Source of the DNA: an uncultured Planctomycetaceae bacterium
GTDB taxonomy: Bacteria; Planctomycetota; Planctomycetia; Planctomycetales; Planctomycetaceae
DNA: 64,000 nucleotides
Direction: 5' to 3'
NCBI GenBank assembly: GCA_963815195.1
Contig: CAWFGE010000015.1
Coordinates: 1-64,000 of the forward strand
The notes under the pieces were generated by a model. That model saw only the letters and a program-made list of their open reading frames with translations, had not been told where the DNA came from and searched no databases. Shown here piece after piece: positions 54,822-64,000 of the stretch. Position 1 is the first letter of the stretch; the number at the start of each line of letters is the position of its first letter. The translations under genes were made by a program, and so were the position numbers.

Positions 54822-54850
54822 ATCCTACTGGCATGCCAGTAGCGTGTCAA
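54822..54850 (-). promoter_or_regulatory. Sigma70 promoter overlapped by a perfect 18-bp palindromic operator
   Basis: Minus strand TTGACA (54850-54845)-17 nt-TAGGAT (54827-54822); palindrome CTACTGGCATGCCAGTAG at 54825-54842. Confidence 0.8.
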
Positions 54851-54936
54851 TCGAACGCCTGGTTCGCGAAATGCCGTTGGTCCCCCATTTTCACCGCCCG
54901 ATTGTTTCCCTAGAATTTCTTAAACAGGAGAGACTT

Positions 54937-55044
54937 ATGGGAAAACATCAGAAGCAAAGCCCGCGAAAACCCGCGACCAAATTGCCCCACCTGCAAAAGA
55001 AGCTGCAAAAGCAGCAAACACACAATCCCACAAAGAAGAAGTGA
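54937..55044 (+). CDS. Putative 35-aa Lys/Gln-rich basic peptide
   Basis: AGGAG RBS correctly spaced before ATG; MGKHQKQSPRKPATKLPHLQKKLQKQQTHNPTKKK. Confidence 0.5.
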   Translation: MGKHQKQSPRKPATKLPHLQKKLQKQQTHNPTKKK

Positions 55045-55052
55045 GGCGGGCG

Positions 55053-55274
55053 ATGCACCATCCGGGTTGGGTGTTGGTCATCATCGGCGTGCTGCTCGCC
55101 GCGGTGGGGATCGTCTGGCTGTTGTCTCCGTCGATTCCGTGGCTGGGCCGGCTACCCGGCGACATCGTCATCGAGCGGGAACATTTCCGCTTGTCTTTCC
55201 CGCTGGCCACCTGCATTTTATTGAGCCTGCTGCTTACCGGCGTGCTATGGCTGGTGCGGTTCTTTTCCCGCTGA
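55053..55274 (+). CDS. DUF2905 family small membrane protein
   Basis: WLGRLPGDI.I....F...FPLATCILLS. Confidence 0.88.
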   Translation: MHHPGWVLVIIGVLLAAVGIVWLLSPSIPWLGRLPGDIVIEREHFRLSFPLATCILLSLLLTGVLWLVRFFSR

Positions 55275-55383
55275 CGAACTGGGAAACACGCCGTCTTGAG
55301 GCTTTCAAATTGCGAGTGCGGGACAGGGTTTGCAAGTATCTCCAAAGGGCCCTTTGGTGGTGAGGTTTGAGGGATCGTTCGCA

Positions 55384-55500
55384 TCACGCCGCTTGCTCCA
55401 AGTTGTACTCATACTCATTCGGGCTGACGTAGCCCAAGGTCGAGTGCAAGCGAACTTGGTTATTGAACACTTCAATGTCCTCAAAAATGCTCGGCCGCGA
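55384..55500 (-). mobile_element. IS3-family transposase C-terminal remnant
   Basis: Minus strand reads SIFEDIEVFNNQVRLHSTLGYVSPNEYE...QAA*, matching the IS3 integrase tail consensus IFEYIEVFYN..R.HS.LGY.SP..YE. Confidence 0.8.
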
Positions 55501-55609
55501 TTCGCGCGGACAAGAAATTCTTTAGCACCGTCGTCGTTCCCCCCTGATTAGCCGGAAGAACCCGAAACGTGACACGGCGGCTGGAAGCCGCCGGAACGGA
55601 TTAAACATC

Positions 55610-55873
55610 TCATCCGCCGCCGACGATGGGCAGGAAGTGGACTTCTTGATCTTCACCAACCGGGGCCAGCAGACCCAAGGGATTGATTGCGGAACCCACC
55701 GCGACGCAGATTTCGGGTTTCAGTTCCCCTTCGTCGCAGAGGCGGTCTCTGAGGCCGGGAAACTGCTCGTCGAGATTCTTAATCACCTCGCGGACCGTCC
55801 GCCCCGAGGCTTCCACGGTTTCTTTTCCATGGGTCAGGCTGCGGAGCGGCGGCGGAATAAAGACGCGAGGCAT
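55610..55873 (-). CDS. MoaD/ThiS family sulfur carrier
   Basis: 87 aa beta-grasp pattern ending in GG. Confidence 0.9.
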   Translation of the reverse strand: MPRVFIPPPLRSLTHGKETVEASGRTVREVIKNLDEQFPGLRDRLCDEGELKPEICVAVGSAINPLGLLAPVGEDQEVHFLPIVGGG

Positions 55874-55876
55874 GGA

Positions 55877-58154
55877 TTAGCCTTGGGATTGTTCGAGGAT
55901 GGCCTCCAGCACATGGGGCGGGGACATCGGCAGATGGCGGAGGCGGACACCCACGGCTTGGGCGATGGCATTGGCGATGGCGGCGGGCGGCGGGACGATG
56001 GGCACTTCGCCGACGCCCCGCACTCCGTAGGGATGATTGGGGTCCGGCACTTCCACGAGGATCGTGTCGATCATGGGCACGTCATAGCAGGTGGGCATGC
56101 GGTAATCGAGATACGTCGCGTTCCGCATCGCCCCGCGGTCGTCGTACCAGTATTCTTCGTTCAAAGCCCAGCCGATGCCCTGCACCACGCCGCCTTGCAT
56201 TTGACCTTCGACGTAGCTCGGATGAATCGCGGTCCCCACATCCTGGGCGATGGTGTAACGGAGGATTTGCACCTTGCCCGTGTCGGGATCGACTTCCAGA
56301 TCGACGCAATGCGTGCCGAAGGCTCCGCTTTGGGTCGCGGCACTCGAGGTTCCCCGGCCGATAATCCCCCCACCCGTCGTGTGGATCTTGGCCGCGAGTT
56401 CTTTGAACGTGAATGATTTTCCATTGGGGCCTTTGATCGAGCCGTCTTCGTAGCGGACCTTCGCGGGATCGACGTCCCAGAGCAAAGCGGCCCGTTCGAC
56501 CATCTGCCGCTGAATGTCCTTGGCGGCTTCGACGGCGGCGATGCCGGTGGAAAACGTCACGCGGCTGCCGCCGGTCACATCGGTGTAGCCGGCGGTGTCG
56601 GTGTCGGCCACGCTGGGATTGACATCTTCCGCGCGGATCCCCAACGTCTCGGCGAGCTGCATGGCGATGCTCGTCCGCGTGCCGCCGATGTCCGGCGAGC
56701 CTTCCACGAGCGACACCGTGCCGTTGAGATTCACCGTCGCGGACACCGTAGACTTCAGTCCCGCGTTAAACCAAAAGCCCGACGCCATCCCCCGCCCGCG
56801 AAACTTTCCTTCCAAAGGCGTTCGATAGTGCGCGCTGTCCCGGATGGCTTCCACGGTCTCGGTCATGCCGACGCGGGAAAACACCGGACCGTCCACGCGG
56901 CGGGTGCCTTCCTTTGCGGCGTTCTTCAAACGAAATTCCGCGGGATCGATGTCGAGCTTGGCGGGCGAGTTCGTCGATGAGAGATTCCGCCGCAAAGGCC
57001 ACCTGCGTGGAACCCGGCGCGCGGTAGGCGTTGGTGCGGGGCTTGTTGACACAGACATCAAAGCCTTCCACGCGGGCGTGCGGAATGTCGTAGCAGGCAA
57101 ACACGCACATGCAGCCGGGACCGATAGGCGAACCTGGATAGGCCCCCGCTTCAAACGCGAGCCAGGCATCGCCCGCGACGAGTTTTCCATCCTTCGTCGC
57201 GCCGAGTTTGACCCGCATGAATGAGCCCGGCGTGGGGCCGGTCGCTTCAAACACGTTGGCCCGGCTCATCACGACCTTGACCGGCCGGCCGGCTTTGTGG
57301 GACAGGGCCGCGGCCACCGGCGGGAGATAGACCGAAATCTTCCCGCCGAACCCGCCGCCGATTTCCATGGGCACGACTTTCACATCCGAGACGGGAATCC
57401 GCAAAAGTTCCGCCGTCTGCTGTCGGGCCGTGAACGAGCCTTGCGTGCTCATCCACACGGTGACTTTGCCGTCGGCGTTCCAATGGGCGGTGGCGTTGTG
57501 CGGTTCGATGTAGCCCTGGTGCACCGTCGCGGTGTCGAACTCATGCTCGACAATCACGTCGGCTTTCTGAAAACCTTCTTCCACTTCGCCTTTTTGAAAC
57601 AGAAAATGTTTGGCGATGTTCGTGGGCTTTGAGGTCTCGGCCGGGGGATGGGAACCCAGCGACTCCGTACGGACATCGTCGTTCAAGATCGGAGCCGAGT
57701 CCTGCATCGCGTCGCGGACATCGAGAACCGCGGGCAGCGGTTCGTATTCGACTTCGATCAGATCCAGGGCTTCCTCGGCGATGTGCGGCGAATCCGCGGC
57801 GACGGCGGCGACAGCATGGCCTTTGTACAAGACTTTGTCATGGGCCAAGACGTTACTGGAAAGATGCCGCATGTTGACGGCCCCTTCGCCGAGTTCCACC
57901 ACACGGTCGCCCTGTTCGGGGAGGTCGGCCCCGGTGATCACCGCCCGCACGCCGGGCAGCGCTTCCGCCTTGGAGGTGTCGATGCGGACGATCCGGGCGT
58001 GGGCATGCGGGCTGCGGAGGATGCTGCCGTAGATCATTCCCGAAAGTTTGATGTCCGCGCCGTACTTGGCGCGGCCGGTGACTTTATCCACGCCATCGTG
58101 GCGAATGGGACGGGTGCCGATGACTTTGTATTTGCGTTCTTCAGCCGTGGCCAT
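55877..58154 (-). CDS. Xanthine dehydrogenase-family molybdopterin-binding (large) subunit; frameshift near 56965
   Basis: KVTGRAKY..D, RSPHAHARI, IGGGFGGK, AYRAPG, EGQMQGG..QGIG.AL.E, RGVGE. Confidence 0.92.
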
Positions 58155-58299
58155 GCGGGATGCTCTCCGTGGTGGGATGAAATCAAACGCCGAAGCGGGT
58201 TCGGTGAGTCTTCAAGTAGCTTACTGCAAACCGGTCGCGCGACCAAGCGAGCCGCGATGCCGACGGATCCCGGAAACGCCGGTTCGTTCGAACCAAGAC

Positions 58300-58358
58300 T
58301 GAACGGCACGGCGCTAGCCGCCGGCTGGCGGAACCGGCGGCTAGCGCCGTGCCGCTCA
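58300..58358. repeat. Family-A REP-like hairpin
   Basis: TGAACGGCACGGCGCTAGCCGCCGG / CCGGCGGCTAGCGCCGTGCCGCTCA. Confidence 0.9.
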
Positions 58359-58370
58359 GGTGTGCGGTCC

Positions 58371-59342
58371 TTATTTGCCTTGGGCGCTTGCAGATTTCTC
58401 GCCCGTTCGCTTGGGGGCTTCGAGGTAGCGGTAGCCGGTGTTGGGGTTGTCCTTGTCGAAGGCGAACGCGTCGCGGTTGTCGAGGAAGTGTTTCAGATAG
58501 ACGACCGGAATCGCAAAGCCCAGGCCCTCGCCGAAGGTGAGCTTCATGTTGGTCACGCCGATGACTTCACCCCGCGAATTGAACAAGGGACCGCCGCTGT
58601 TGCCCGGGTTGATCTGGGCCGTGGTCTGGATGTAAACCACGCCCTCGAAGTTGCGGTTTCGCGTGCTGACGATGCCCTTGGAGACGGATCGCTCGAGCCC
58701 CAGCGGGTTCCCGATGGCGAAGACCTCGTCGCCTTCCTTGTAGTCGCTTTCCCGGCTGAGATAGACGGGCTGAAAGCCGAAGTCCTCCTGCTTGGGAATC
58801 TGCAGGAGGGCCAAATCGAAAAACGGATTGAGGGCCAGGATTTTCACATCGTCGATCCGCCGGCGGGTGAACTCGCCTTGATCGGCCCGGTGGTAAATGG
58901 TGACGGCGATGCGGGTTTCCTGCTCCACGACGTGATAGTTCGTCACGCAAAACCCGCGGTCGTTGATGATGAACCCCGACCCCAAGCCGCCGGGCGTCTG
59001 CACGAGCACCACGCCTTCGCCAAACTCTTCCGCGAGTTCCTTGACGCTTTTCACCGGCAACTTGGCCGTGGAATAGATTGCGTTCTTTTTGACGTCGCCC
59101 GGCTTGTCGGCCGCGCCGCCCTTGGGACTTTCCGTGTCGCCCGGCTTGGTGCGGGAGCGGATTTTGTCGAGCGGAATCCGCAGGATGTCGAAGCCCACGT
59201 CGACGAGAATCGCATCGGCGGTTTCCTTGAGAACGTCGCCTTCAATCTTCTGGCCGGTCTTCATCTCGATCAGATCGGCCCGGCCGACCGCAAGCCCCGC
59301 AAAGACGAGAGCGGATACCATCAAACCAAATCGCAAACCCAT
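58371..59342 (-). CDS. Secreted trypsin-like (S1C) serine protease without PDZ
   Basis: Signal peptide; [25 protein letters not shown]. Confidence 0.9.
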   Translation of the reverse strand: MGLRFGLMVSALVFAGLAVGRADLIEMKTGQKIEGDVLKETADAILVDVGFDILRIPLDKIRSRTKPGDTESPKGGAADKPGDVKKNAIYSTAKLPVKSVKELAEEFGEGVVLVQTPGGLGSGFIINDRGFCVTNYHVVEQETRIAVTIYHRADQGEFTRRRIDDVKILALNPFFDLALLQIPKQEDFGFQPVYLSRESDYKEGDEVFAIGNPLGLERSVSKGIVSTRNRNFEGVVYIQTTAQINPGNSGGPLFNSRGEVIGVTNMKLTFGEGLGFAIPVVYLKHFLDNRDAFAFDKDNPNTGYRYLEAPKRTGEKSASAQGK

Positions 59343-59357
59343 TGGCTGGTTTTCTCC

Positions 59358-59765
59358 TTAGCGGGCAAGATTGAGCTGCCAAGACACACCAAAGCGATCG
59401 TTGACCCACCCAAACCTCTTGCTGAACCCGTAGTTGTCCAAGGGCATGAGCACCTGGCCGGAAGCCGACAGGACATCAAAAAGCCGAGCGATCTCTTCTT
59501 CCGACTCGCACTGAACGAAAAGAGACATTGATGGTGTGAAATTAAATTGGTGCGGGGCCGCGCTGTCAATGGCCATGAACTGTTGCCCGTTCAGTGTGAA
59601 AGTCGCGACCTTGACCGTGCCTTCCGGCTCATTTTCCCCAGGCCCATACCGCGTGATGGTCTCGACACGCGAATTCGGAAACTGCACAACATAGAAATTG
59701 ATTGCTTCCTCAGCGTTGCCGTGCTGCTGGCCGGAAAACATCAGGAACGTGGCAATCTTTGACAT
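59358..59765 (-). CDS. VOC family protein (PhnB / 3-demethylubiquinone-9 3-methyltransferase-like)
   Basis: TFLMF, AEEAINFY, FTL.GQ.FM..DS, FTPS.SLFV, FGWVNDRFGVSWQ. Confidence 0.9.
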   Translation of the reverse strand: MSKIATFLMFSGQQHGNAEEAINFYVVQFPNSRVETITRYGPGENEPEGTVKVATFTLNGQQFMAIDSAAPHQFNFTPSMSLFVQCESEEEIARLFDVLSASGQVLMPLDNYGFSKRFGWVNDRFGVSWQLNLAR

Positions 59766-59841
59766 CTACGCTTCCTATGGCTCCATTGAAGGTTCGGATC
59801 GATCCGAACGCCAACCGATCCCTTCATCGTATGCTGCGTCG

Positions 59842-60945
59842 TTATCCGCGGTAATCGCTGTGGCATTGCTGGCAGGCCTGGTAGATTTTGGAGACGGCGA
59901 GGTCGAACTTGTCGAACTGGTCGTTCTGCACGCTGTCCTGCACTTCCTCCGTGGCTTCCACCATCGCTTTCACGTATTTCGCGAAGCCGTCGTCGCCTTC
60001 AAATCCGTAGCCGTCGAGAAGCACCTGCGTCAAAGCGCCCATCACGGCTGCTTCCTGTTTGATCTTCTCGGCATTGGACTTCATGGCGTCGGCGCTGCCG
60101 CCGTCGACTTTGATGTTTTTGGAGCCGGTTTCCAGCCGCTTCATAATCAAGCCCATCGCGACCAGTTCCGAAATCGGCTCATTGTCGGGCGGGGCTTCGA
60201 GCGTGGCCGGCACCGAGCCGCTCAAAATCTCCACAATGCTGTCAAACTTCTCCTTGAGCGGCTTTTGAGAACTCGCGCCCTGACGCAGCTTTTCCTCGTT
60301 CATTTTTCCGGCAAGGTGCTTGATGTACTTGGCATTTTCTTTCCAGCGGATGTCGCCCGGATGTTTCCCGGCGATGTGCGCGAGCGCCGAGAGCGCCGCC
60401 GCGTGCGGAGGAATCGCCAGGTAGCTGCGGTTGTAGCTGCCCACGTTTTGCAGGTCGGCATTGAAGCGGTTGCGGATCGTCGTGACTTCCGCGTCCAGCA
60501 GCTCCGCAGGGATAATCCGCTTCCAATCCGGTCCGCCGGAACTTGCGGGCATGGGTTTGGGCATGGGCTCGGCGGGAGTTTCCATGGGGGTCGTCATCGG
60601 CGTCGTGTTCGCCACTTCGGTCGGCGGGGCGACCTGTCCGGCGGTGCTGGCGACGCCGATCGGGTCGTCATACCAGACATCCAAAGGAATCTGCCCGATC
60701 CAAGTCGTGCCCGCGCGTTTTTGAACCAGGTTTCCATCGGCGGCTGAAGCACCCGGCGCCGAATTGGTGGGGGCGGCCGCGGAAGCCGGGGCAGGATCTG
60801 TCGGCTGATCGTTCGCGTCGCTCGCCGGTTCCGCTTGCGGCTCGGCGACTTTCGCGGAGTCACCCCCGCCGCAGCCCGTCAACATCAGGAGCGCCAGCGA
60901 ACAAACCGCGAAAACAGGAACAAATCTCTGCCGCAAACGAGTCAT
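59842..60945 (-). CDS. Lipoprotein with a C-terminal class II (cytochrome c'-like) heme domain
   Basis: Lipobox LTGC, Pro/Ala linker, helical domains, CQQCH five residues from the C-terminus. Confidence 0.8.
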   Translation of the reverse strand: MTRLRQRFVPVFAVCSLALLMLTGCGGGDSAKVAEPQAEPASDANDQPTDPAPASAAAPTNSAPGASAADGNLVQKRAGTTWIGQIPLDVWYDDPIGVASTAGQVAPPTEVANTTPMTTPMETPAEPMPKPMPASSGGPDWKRIIPAELLDAEVTTIRNRFNADLQNVGSYNRSYLAIPPHAAALSALAHIAGKHPGDIRWKENAKYIKHLAGKMNEEKLRQGASSQKPLKEKFDSIVEILSGSVPATLEAPPDNEPISELVAMGLIMKRLETGSKNIKVDGGSADAMKSNAEKIKQEAAVMGALTQVLLDGYGFEGDDGFAKYVKAMVEATEEVQDSVQNDQFDKFDLAVSKIYQACQQCHSDYRG

Positions 60946-61081
60946 CAGAATGACCCTTAATGGTTAAAGTCGAAGGGGATGCGGAGAACCGCACCGGTTT
61001 CTTTAACCATTATGGCTGCGGCCGAGATGAGATGCAACACCCGCCAATTCATAGAGAAATGCGAAACACCTAAGCGTTTGC

Positions 61082-61667
61082 CTAAATCCACTTCCAATTC
61101 GTGTTCGCTTCCACGGCGGGGAACCGGAGGCGGCTTTGGGGGATGTCGCGGAGCCGGGGCGCGTGTTTGTCTTTCTCCGAGAGGAGCGGGCTCGAAATCG
61201 GCCAGTTGATGCCGATGTCTGCATCATCCCATAAAATGCTGCCCTCGCATTCCGGGGCGTAGCGGTCTGTGCACTTGTAGGCGAACAAGGCGGTTTCGCT
61301 GGTGACGCAGAACCCGTGGGCAAAGCCCGGCGGCACGTAGAACTGGCGTTTGTTCTCGGAAGACAGCGTCACGCCGACCCAGTCCCCGAAGGTTGCGGAA
61401 TCGTGGCGGATATCGACGGCGACGTCGAACACCTCGCCCTGGAGCACATACACCAGTTTTCCCTGGGGATGCGGATTCTGATAATGCAGCCCCCTGAGCG
61501 TTCCCTGGTGCGAGAACGAAAGATTGTCCTGCACAAAATCCAGATCGATCCCGGCCTCGCGGTAGCGATCCTGGTTGTAGGTTTCCAGAAAGAAGCCTCG
61601 CGAATCGCCGAACACTTTGGGTTCGATGACCAAAACACCCGGAAGGGCCGTGTCTTGAATTTCTCAT
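61082..61667 (-). CDS. rfbC: dTDP-4-dehydrorhamnose 3,5-epimerase; frameshift just after the start codon
   Basis: FGDSRGFF.E, VQDN.S.S, LRGLHYQ, DVAVDIR, PPGFAHGF. Confidence 0.95.
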
Positions 61668-61855
61668 AGCGAAGGCTCCTGCTTCCTTGTCGAGGAGGAT
61701 GTTGAATTGAGTTTTAAGCTTGTATTTTGTTACAACGCCGTCCGGGCAATTCACGTGAGGTTGGAGGATCGAGGATCGCGAGAAGAATCGAAGCCGAGTT
61801 GGCTATCCTCCATCCTCTATCGTCACTCACAATTTGAATTTCGCATCGAATTGGC

Positions 61856-62920
61856 TTAGGCGACCCGGGTGTCCAAGCCCAGGCGTTCGCCGGAATACCG
61901 GTCGGCGACGGCTTTGTCGCACCAGGCCTGGTTGGCGAGATACCACTGGACGGTTTTTCGCAATCCGGTTTCAAAGGTTTCTTCGGGCTTCCAGCCCAGT
62001 TCGCGTTCGATTTTGCTCGCATCGATGGCGTAGCGGTGGTCGTGGCCGGGACGGTCCGTTACGAAGGTCATCAGCGATTTGTGCGGGCGGTGGTCCGAGT
62101 CCGGGACGAGTTCATCCAACAGATCGCAGAGCGTGTGCACCACGTCCAGGTTGGTTTTCTCGTTGTGCCCGCCGATGTTGTACGTCTCGCCGACTTTGCC
62201 TTGGCGCAGGACGGTCACCAGCGCTCGGGCATGGTCATCGACATACAGCCAGTCGCGCACATTATCGCCCTTCCCATAGATCGGAAGCGGCTTGCCCCCG
62301 AGACCATTCTGAATCATCAGCGGAATCAGTTTTTCCGGATATTGATAAGGACCGTAATTATTGGAACAGTTTGTCACCACCGTCGGCAGGCCGTAAGTCC
62401 GATGCCAGGCCCGCACGAGGTGATCCGAAGAGGCTTTGCTGGCGGAATAGGGGGAACTGGGGTCGTAGGGGGTTTCTTCGGTGAACAGGCCCGTCGCGCC
62501 GAGAGATCCATAGACTTCGTCTGTCGAAATATGATGGAAGCGGAACGCGGCTTTCTTGTCGGCGGCGAGTTCGTTCCAATGCTTGCGGGCCGCTTCCAGA
62601 AGGATGTAAGTGCCCACGACGTTCGTGTTGATGAACGCCGCCGGCCCGTCGATGGAGCGGTCCACGTGCGATTCCGCGGCGAGGTGCATCACGGCGTCGG
62701 GCTGATGCGTCTCGAAAATCTTGCGGACCGCCTCGGCATCGCAGATGTCGGCATGCTCAAAGCGATAGCGGGAGTCGGACGCGATGGTTTCCAATGTGGA
62801 AAGATTGCCCGCGTAGGTCAGGGCATCCACATTGACGACCGAGGCCTCGGTTTGGCCGACCAGATAGCGAATCACAGCGGAGCCGATAAATCCCGCTCCG
62901 CCGGTGACGAGGATCTTCAT
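61856..62920 (-). CDS. rfbB: dTDP-glucose 4,6-dehydratase
   Basis: [45 protein letters not shown]. Confidence 0.97.
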   Translation of the reverse strand: MKILVTGGAGFIGSAVIRYLVGQTEASVVNVDALTYAGNLSTLETIASDSRYRFEHADICDAEAVRKIFETHQPDAVMHLAAESHVDRSIDGPAAFINTNVVGTYILLEAARKHWNELAADKKAAFRFHHISTDEVYGSLGATGLFTEETPYDPSSPYSASKASSDHLVRAWHRTYGLPTVVTNCSNNYGPYQYPEKLIPLMIQNGLGGKPLPIYGKGDNVRDWLYVDDHARALVTVLRQGKVGETYNIGGHNEKTNLDVVHTLCDLLDELVPDSDHRPHKSLMTFVTDRPGHDHRYAIDASKIERELGWKPEETFETGLRKTVQWYLANQAWCDKAVADRYSGERLGLDTRVA

Positions 62921-62960
62921 GAATTGAACCTTTTGTTAGAAATCGACGAAATGAGTTCCG

Positions 62961-63986
62961 CTAAGCGGCGTTTTCTTCGGTGTTGGATTTTGCCAGGGGA
63001 CTGCTGCCGAACAGGGCTTGGTCGTTCGCGTCCGTGCGGATGAGTTCTTCCATCACATGCCATAGGGCGGTTTGCCAATCCGGGGGAATCAGATGAAACC
63101 GCTCCGCGAGCTTATTGCAATTCATTCGCGAATTGAGCGGCCGTTTTGCGGGGACGGGATAAGCCGTTGTGGGAATCGGTTTGACCTGCTGCACCTTCAG
63201 GTTCAGTCCGCGCTCGCGGGCCTGGCGGAAAATCTCGAGCGCATATTCATACCAGTTCGTTTCGCCGCCGCACGTCAGATGCAGGATGCCGCCCCGTTCG
63301 CGGAGATCTCCCGACGCGTCCGGATGGCATTGGGCGAGGATCTGGGCGGTGGCATCGGCGATCACGCGGGCCGAGGTGGGGGCACCGATTTGATCGCTCA
63401 CGATCGAAAGCTCCGGCCGCTGCCCTCCGAGCCTGAGCATCGTCTTCACAAAGTTCGCCCCGTGGACGCCATGCACCCAGGAGACGCGCAGAATCAAATG
63501 CCCCGCCCCGGCCGCCCCAATGGCTTCTTCGCCGGCGAGCTTCGTCTGGCCGTAGGTGTTGATGGGAGCGGGTTTATCCTCTTCCCGCCAAGGCCGATCG
63601 CCGCTGCCGTCGAACACGTAATCGGTTGAATAATGAACCAGTCCGCTGCGGAGGTGTTTGGCTTCCTCGGCTAGAATCCCCGGGGCGACGCCGTTGACGG
63701 CCATCGCGAGTTCTGGTTCCTCTTCCGACTTGTCGACAGCCGTGTAAGCGGCGGCGTTGACGATCACATGCGGTTTGACATCTTGGACAAGCTTCCGCAG
63801 TGCATCCGCGTCGGCCAGATCGATGGTTCGTTTCTCAAACGCGGAAGGAGACCGGCCCACGGCGACCACGTCGCCCAATGCCTGCAGCGAGCGGCGGAGT
63901 TCCCAACCGACTTGGCCCTGGGGACCCAGGAGGAGAATTCTGCGATGGGTCTGAGATTTCATGGAGACGGACATGGGATGGCTCAT
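62961..63986 (-). CDS. rfbD: dTDP-4-dehydrorhamnose reductase
   Basis: G..GQVG, NAAAYTAVD..E, STDYVFDG, YGQTK, DQIGAPT, A.RP.NS. Confidence 0.95.
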   Translation of the reverse strand: MSHPMSVSMKSQTHRRILLLGPQGQVGWELRRSLQALGDVVAVGRSPSAFEKRTIDLADADALRKLVQDVKPHVIVNAAAYTAVDKSEEEPELAMAVNGVAPGILAEEAKHLRSGLVHYSTDYVFDGSGDRPWREEDKPAPINTYGQTKLAGEEAIGAAGAGHLILRVSWVHGVHGANFVKTMLRLGGQRPELSIVSDQIGAPTSARVIADATAQILAQCHPDASGDLRERGGILHLTCGGETNWYEYALEIFRQARERGLNLKVQQVKPIPTTAYPVPAKRPLNSRMNCNKLAERFHLIPPDWQTALWHVMEELIRTDANDQALFGSSPLAKSNTEENAA

Positions 63987-64000
63987 CGCGAGTTCTTCCC

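Noticed and set aside
55877..58154. Aerobic CO dehydrogenase CoxL
   Set aside because: The active-site loop is AYRAPG rather than AYRCSFR, and no coxM/coxS genes are adjacent.
57648..59531. Long antisense ORFs such as 57648..59531, 2288..4105, 15560..17257 and 50386..51870
   Set aside because: They overlap recognisable genes on the opposite strand, lack motifs, and are expected in high-GC DNA.

Overview
GC-rich bacterial chromosomal DNA, very likely from a Planctomycete (Planctomycetaceae-like). The evidence is three DUF1501 genes, a DUF1549/DUF1553 planctomycete cytochrome c gene, a DUF1559 prepilin-like gene and the H4MPT C1 genes mch plus a RimK-family ligase. About 50 CDS are present: housekeeping and envelope genes (scpA, mog, rfbD-rfbB-rfbC, an isocitrate dehydrogenase-family gene, proteases, AsmA-like and ArnT-like genes) and many lineage-specific exported proteins. 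About 17 genes are split by apparent single-base frameshifts, most likely long-read assembly errors, and are reported here as joined genes. No CRISPR array, rRNA or tRNA was recognised. The most notable items are: (i) nested intergenic elements in which MITE-like terminal inverted repeats (one type with a TAA target duplication) enclose different REP-like hairpins, with local 39-46 bp half-site duplications; (ii) a compact operon of an ECF-S-like membrane protein, a TiaS-N-like GIDDTD protein and a poly-glycine DUF1559 protein; (iii) a ~1200 aa membrane-anchored protein with a SrfA-like N-terminus, Zn ribbon, 10 beta-sandwich repeats and a YfaP-like tip; (iv) a perfect 18-bp palindrome overlapping a sigma70 promoter in front of a GntR - glycoside hydrolase - cytochrome/LamG - DUF1501 cluster; (v) a head-on SNF2/VOC deletion scar and an IS3 remnant. 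All family assignments come from motif recognition by eye, not from database searches.
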